35,884 bases of DNA from Bacteroides sp. (lineage in GTDB: Bacteria > Bacteroidota > Bacteroidia > Bacteroidales > SM23-62). Numbering within the stretch: the stretch's first letter is position 1; each line of letters opens with the position of its first letter. The stretch covers positions 1 through 35,884 of the forward strand of contig DAOUVF010000001.1 in assembly GCA_030667765.1 (NCBI GenBank). The letters are read 5' to 3'. Both the position numbers and the translations under genes were made by a program. Positions 35,643 through 35,884 of this stretch are shown here, piece after piece. The notes below the pieces were generated by a model, which searched no databases, was not told where the DNA came from, and saw only the letters and a program-made list of their open reading frames with translations.

Positions 35643-35884
35643 TTATTCCAGTGTTTGAATTTTAATATTTCTCCAGGAGACTTTTATTCCGCCACCCGAA
35701 TGAATTTGCAATGCTATACTGCCAGATCCCTCACCTATCTTGTCATCTGTTAATGTGATCATCTCCTGACCATTCAACCAGGTAGTAACCTTGTCATCCA
35801 CGACCCGGATTTTCATTGTATTCCAATCTTCGTATTTCAGGGCCTTGTCTTTTTCCGGGTCAGGTTTTATTATCCATCCCCGGC
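35643..35884 (-). CDS. DUF1080 (3-keto-disaccharide hydrolase-like, LamG fold) protein, C-terminal part only (5' end off window)
   Basis: My own minus-strand translation ends ...WNTMKIRVVDDKVTTWLNGQEMITLTDDKIGEGSGSIALQIHSGGGIKVSWRNIKIQTLE*. This is the characteristic DUF1080 C-terminus. Confidence 0.7.
   Translation of the reverse strand, partial: RGWIIKPDPEKDKALKYEDWNTMKIRVVDDKVTTWLNGQEMITLTDDKIGEGSGSIALQIHSGGGIKVSWRNIKIQTLE

Noticed and set aside
27740-35884. Calling the AT-rich accessory region a mobile element or genomic island with defined ends
   Set aside because: There is no integrase, transposase, tRNA target, conjugation genes or flanking direct or inverted repeats. The weak similarity between 28259-28290 and 35488-35520 (ctctaat...) looks like chance. 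Only the compositional shift and the paralogue remnant are reported.
1-35884. tRNA, rRNA, tmRNA or CRISPR loci anywhere in the window
   Set aside because: Every intergenic gap is at most about 230 nt, and none shows tRNA T-arm/acceptor patterns or repeat-spacer periodicity. I cannot exclude small sRNAs without covariance-model searches.

Overview
The window looks like a Bacteroidota chromosomal segment. Evidence for that: many lipobox lipoproteins, TTTG/TAnnTTTG-type promoter boxes, and a GT3 glycogen synthase with a GH13_8 branching enzyme.

Layout:
- 1-11.9 kb, tightly packed housekeeping genes: nupC (partial), a BFN nuclease, rplU-rpmA-serS, a DMT transporter, a frameshifted S41 peptidase, ruvC, a HIT protein, greA, three small unknowns, ahcY and ribF.
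- 11.9-23.0 kb, a glycogen supercluster: glgB converges on a 4-gene minus-strand operon of GH133-type debrancher, GT4, GH57, and a 1413-aa GT3 synthase fused to a GT35 phosphorylase.
- 23.2-27.7 kb: gatB (split by an extra A in an A7 run), two tandem TlpA-like lipoproteins (the second has lost its CxxC) and lpxH.
- About 27.74 kb to the end, a visibly AT-richer accessory region: a lipocalin-like lipoprotein, a PL6-like lyase, an S1 sulfatase, a LamG plus PL11-like propeller protein, an Asp-box protein of unknown function, an AAA+/PD-(D/E)xK ATPase behind a 26-bp perfect palindrome, a decayed paralogue fragment of the lipocalin-like gene, and a partial DUF1080 gene.

I found no rRNA, tRNA, CRISPR array, transposase or integrase.

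The best candidates for something under-described are the synthase-phosphorylase fusion and the SusC/SusD-less lyase/sulfatase block with its two poorly classifiable secreted proteins. I see no clear-cut novel defence or mobile system. All family calls come from reading the translations by eye and need database confirmation.
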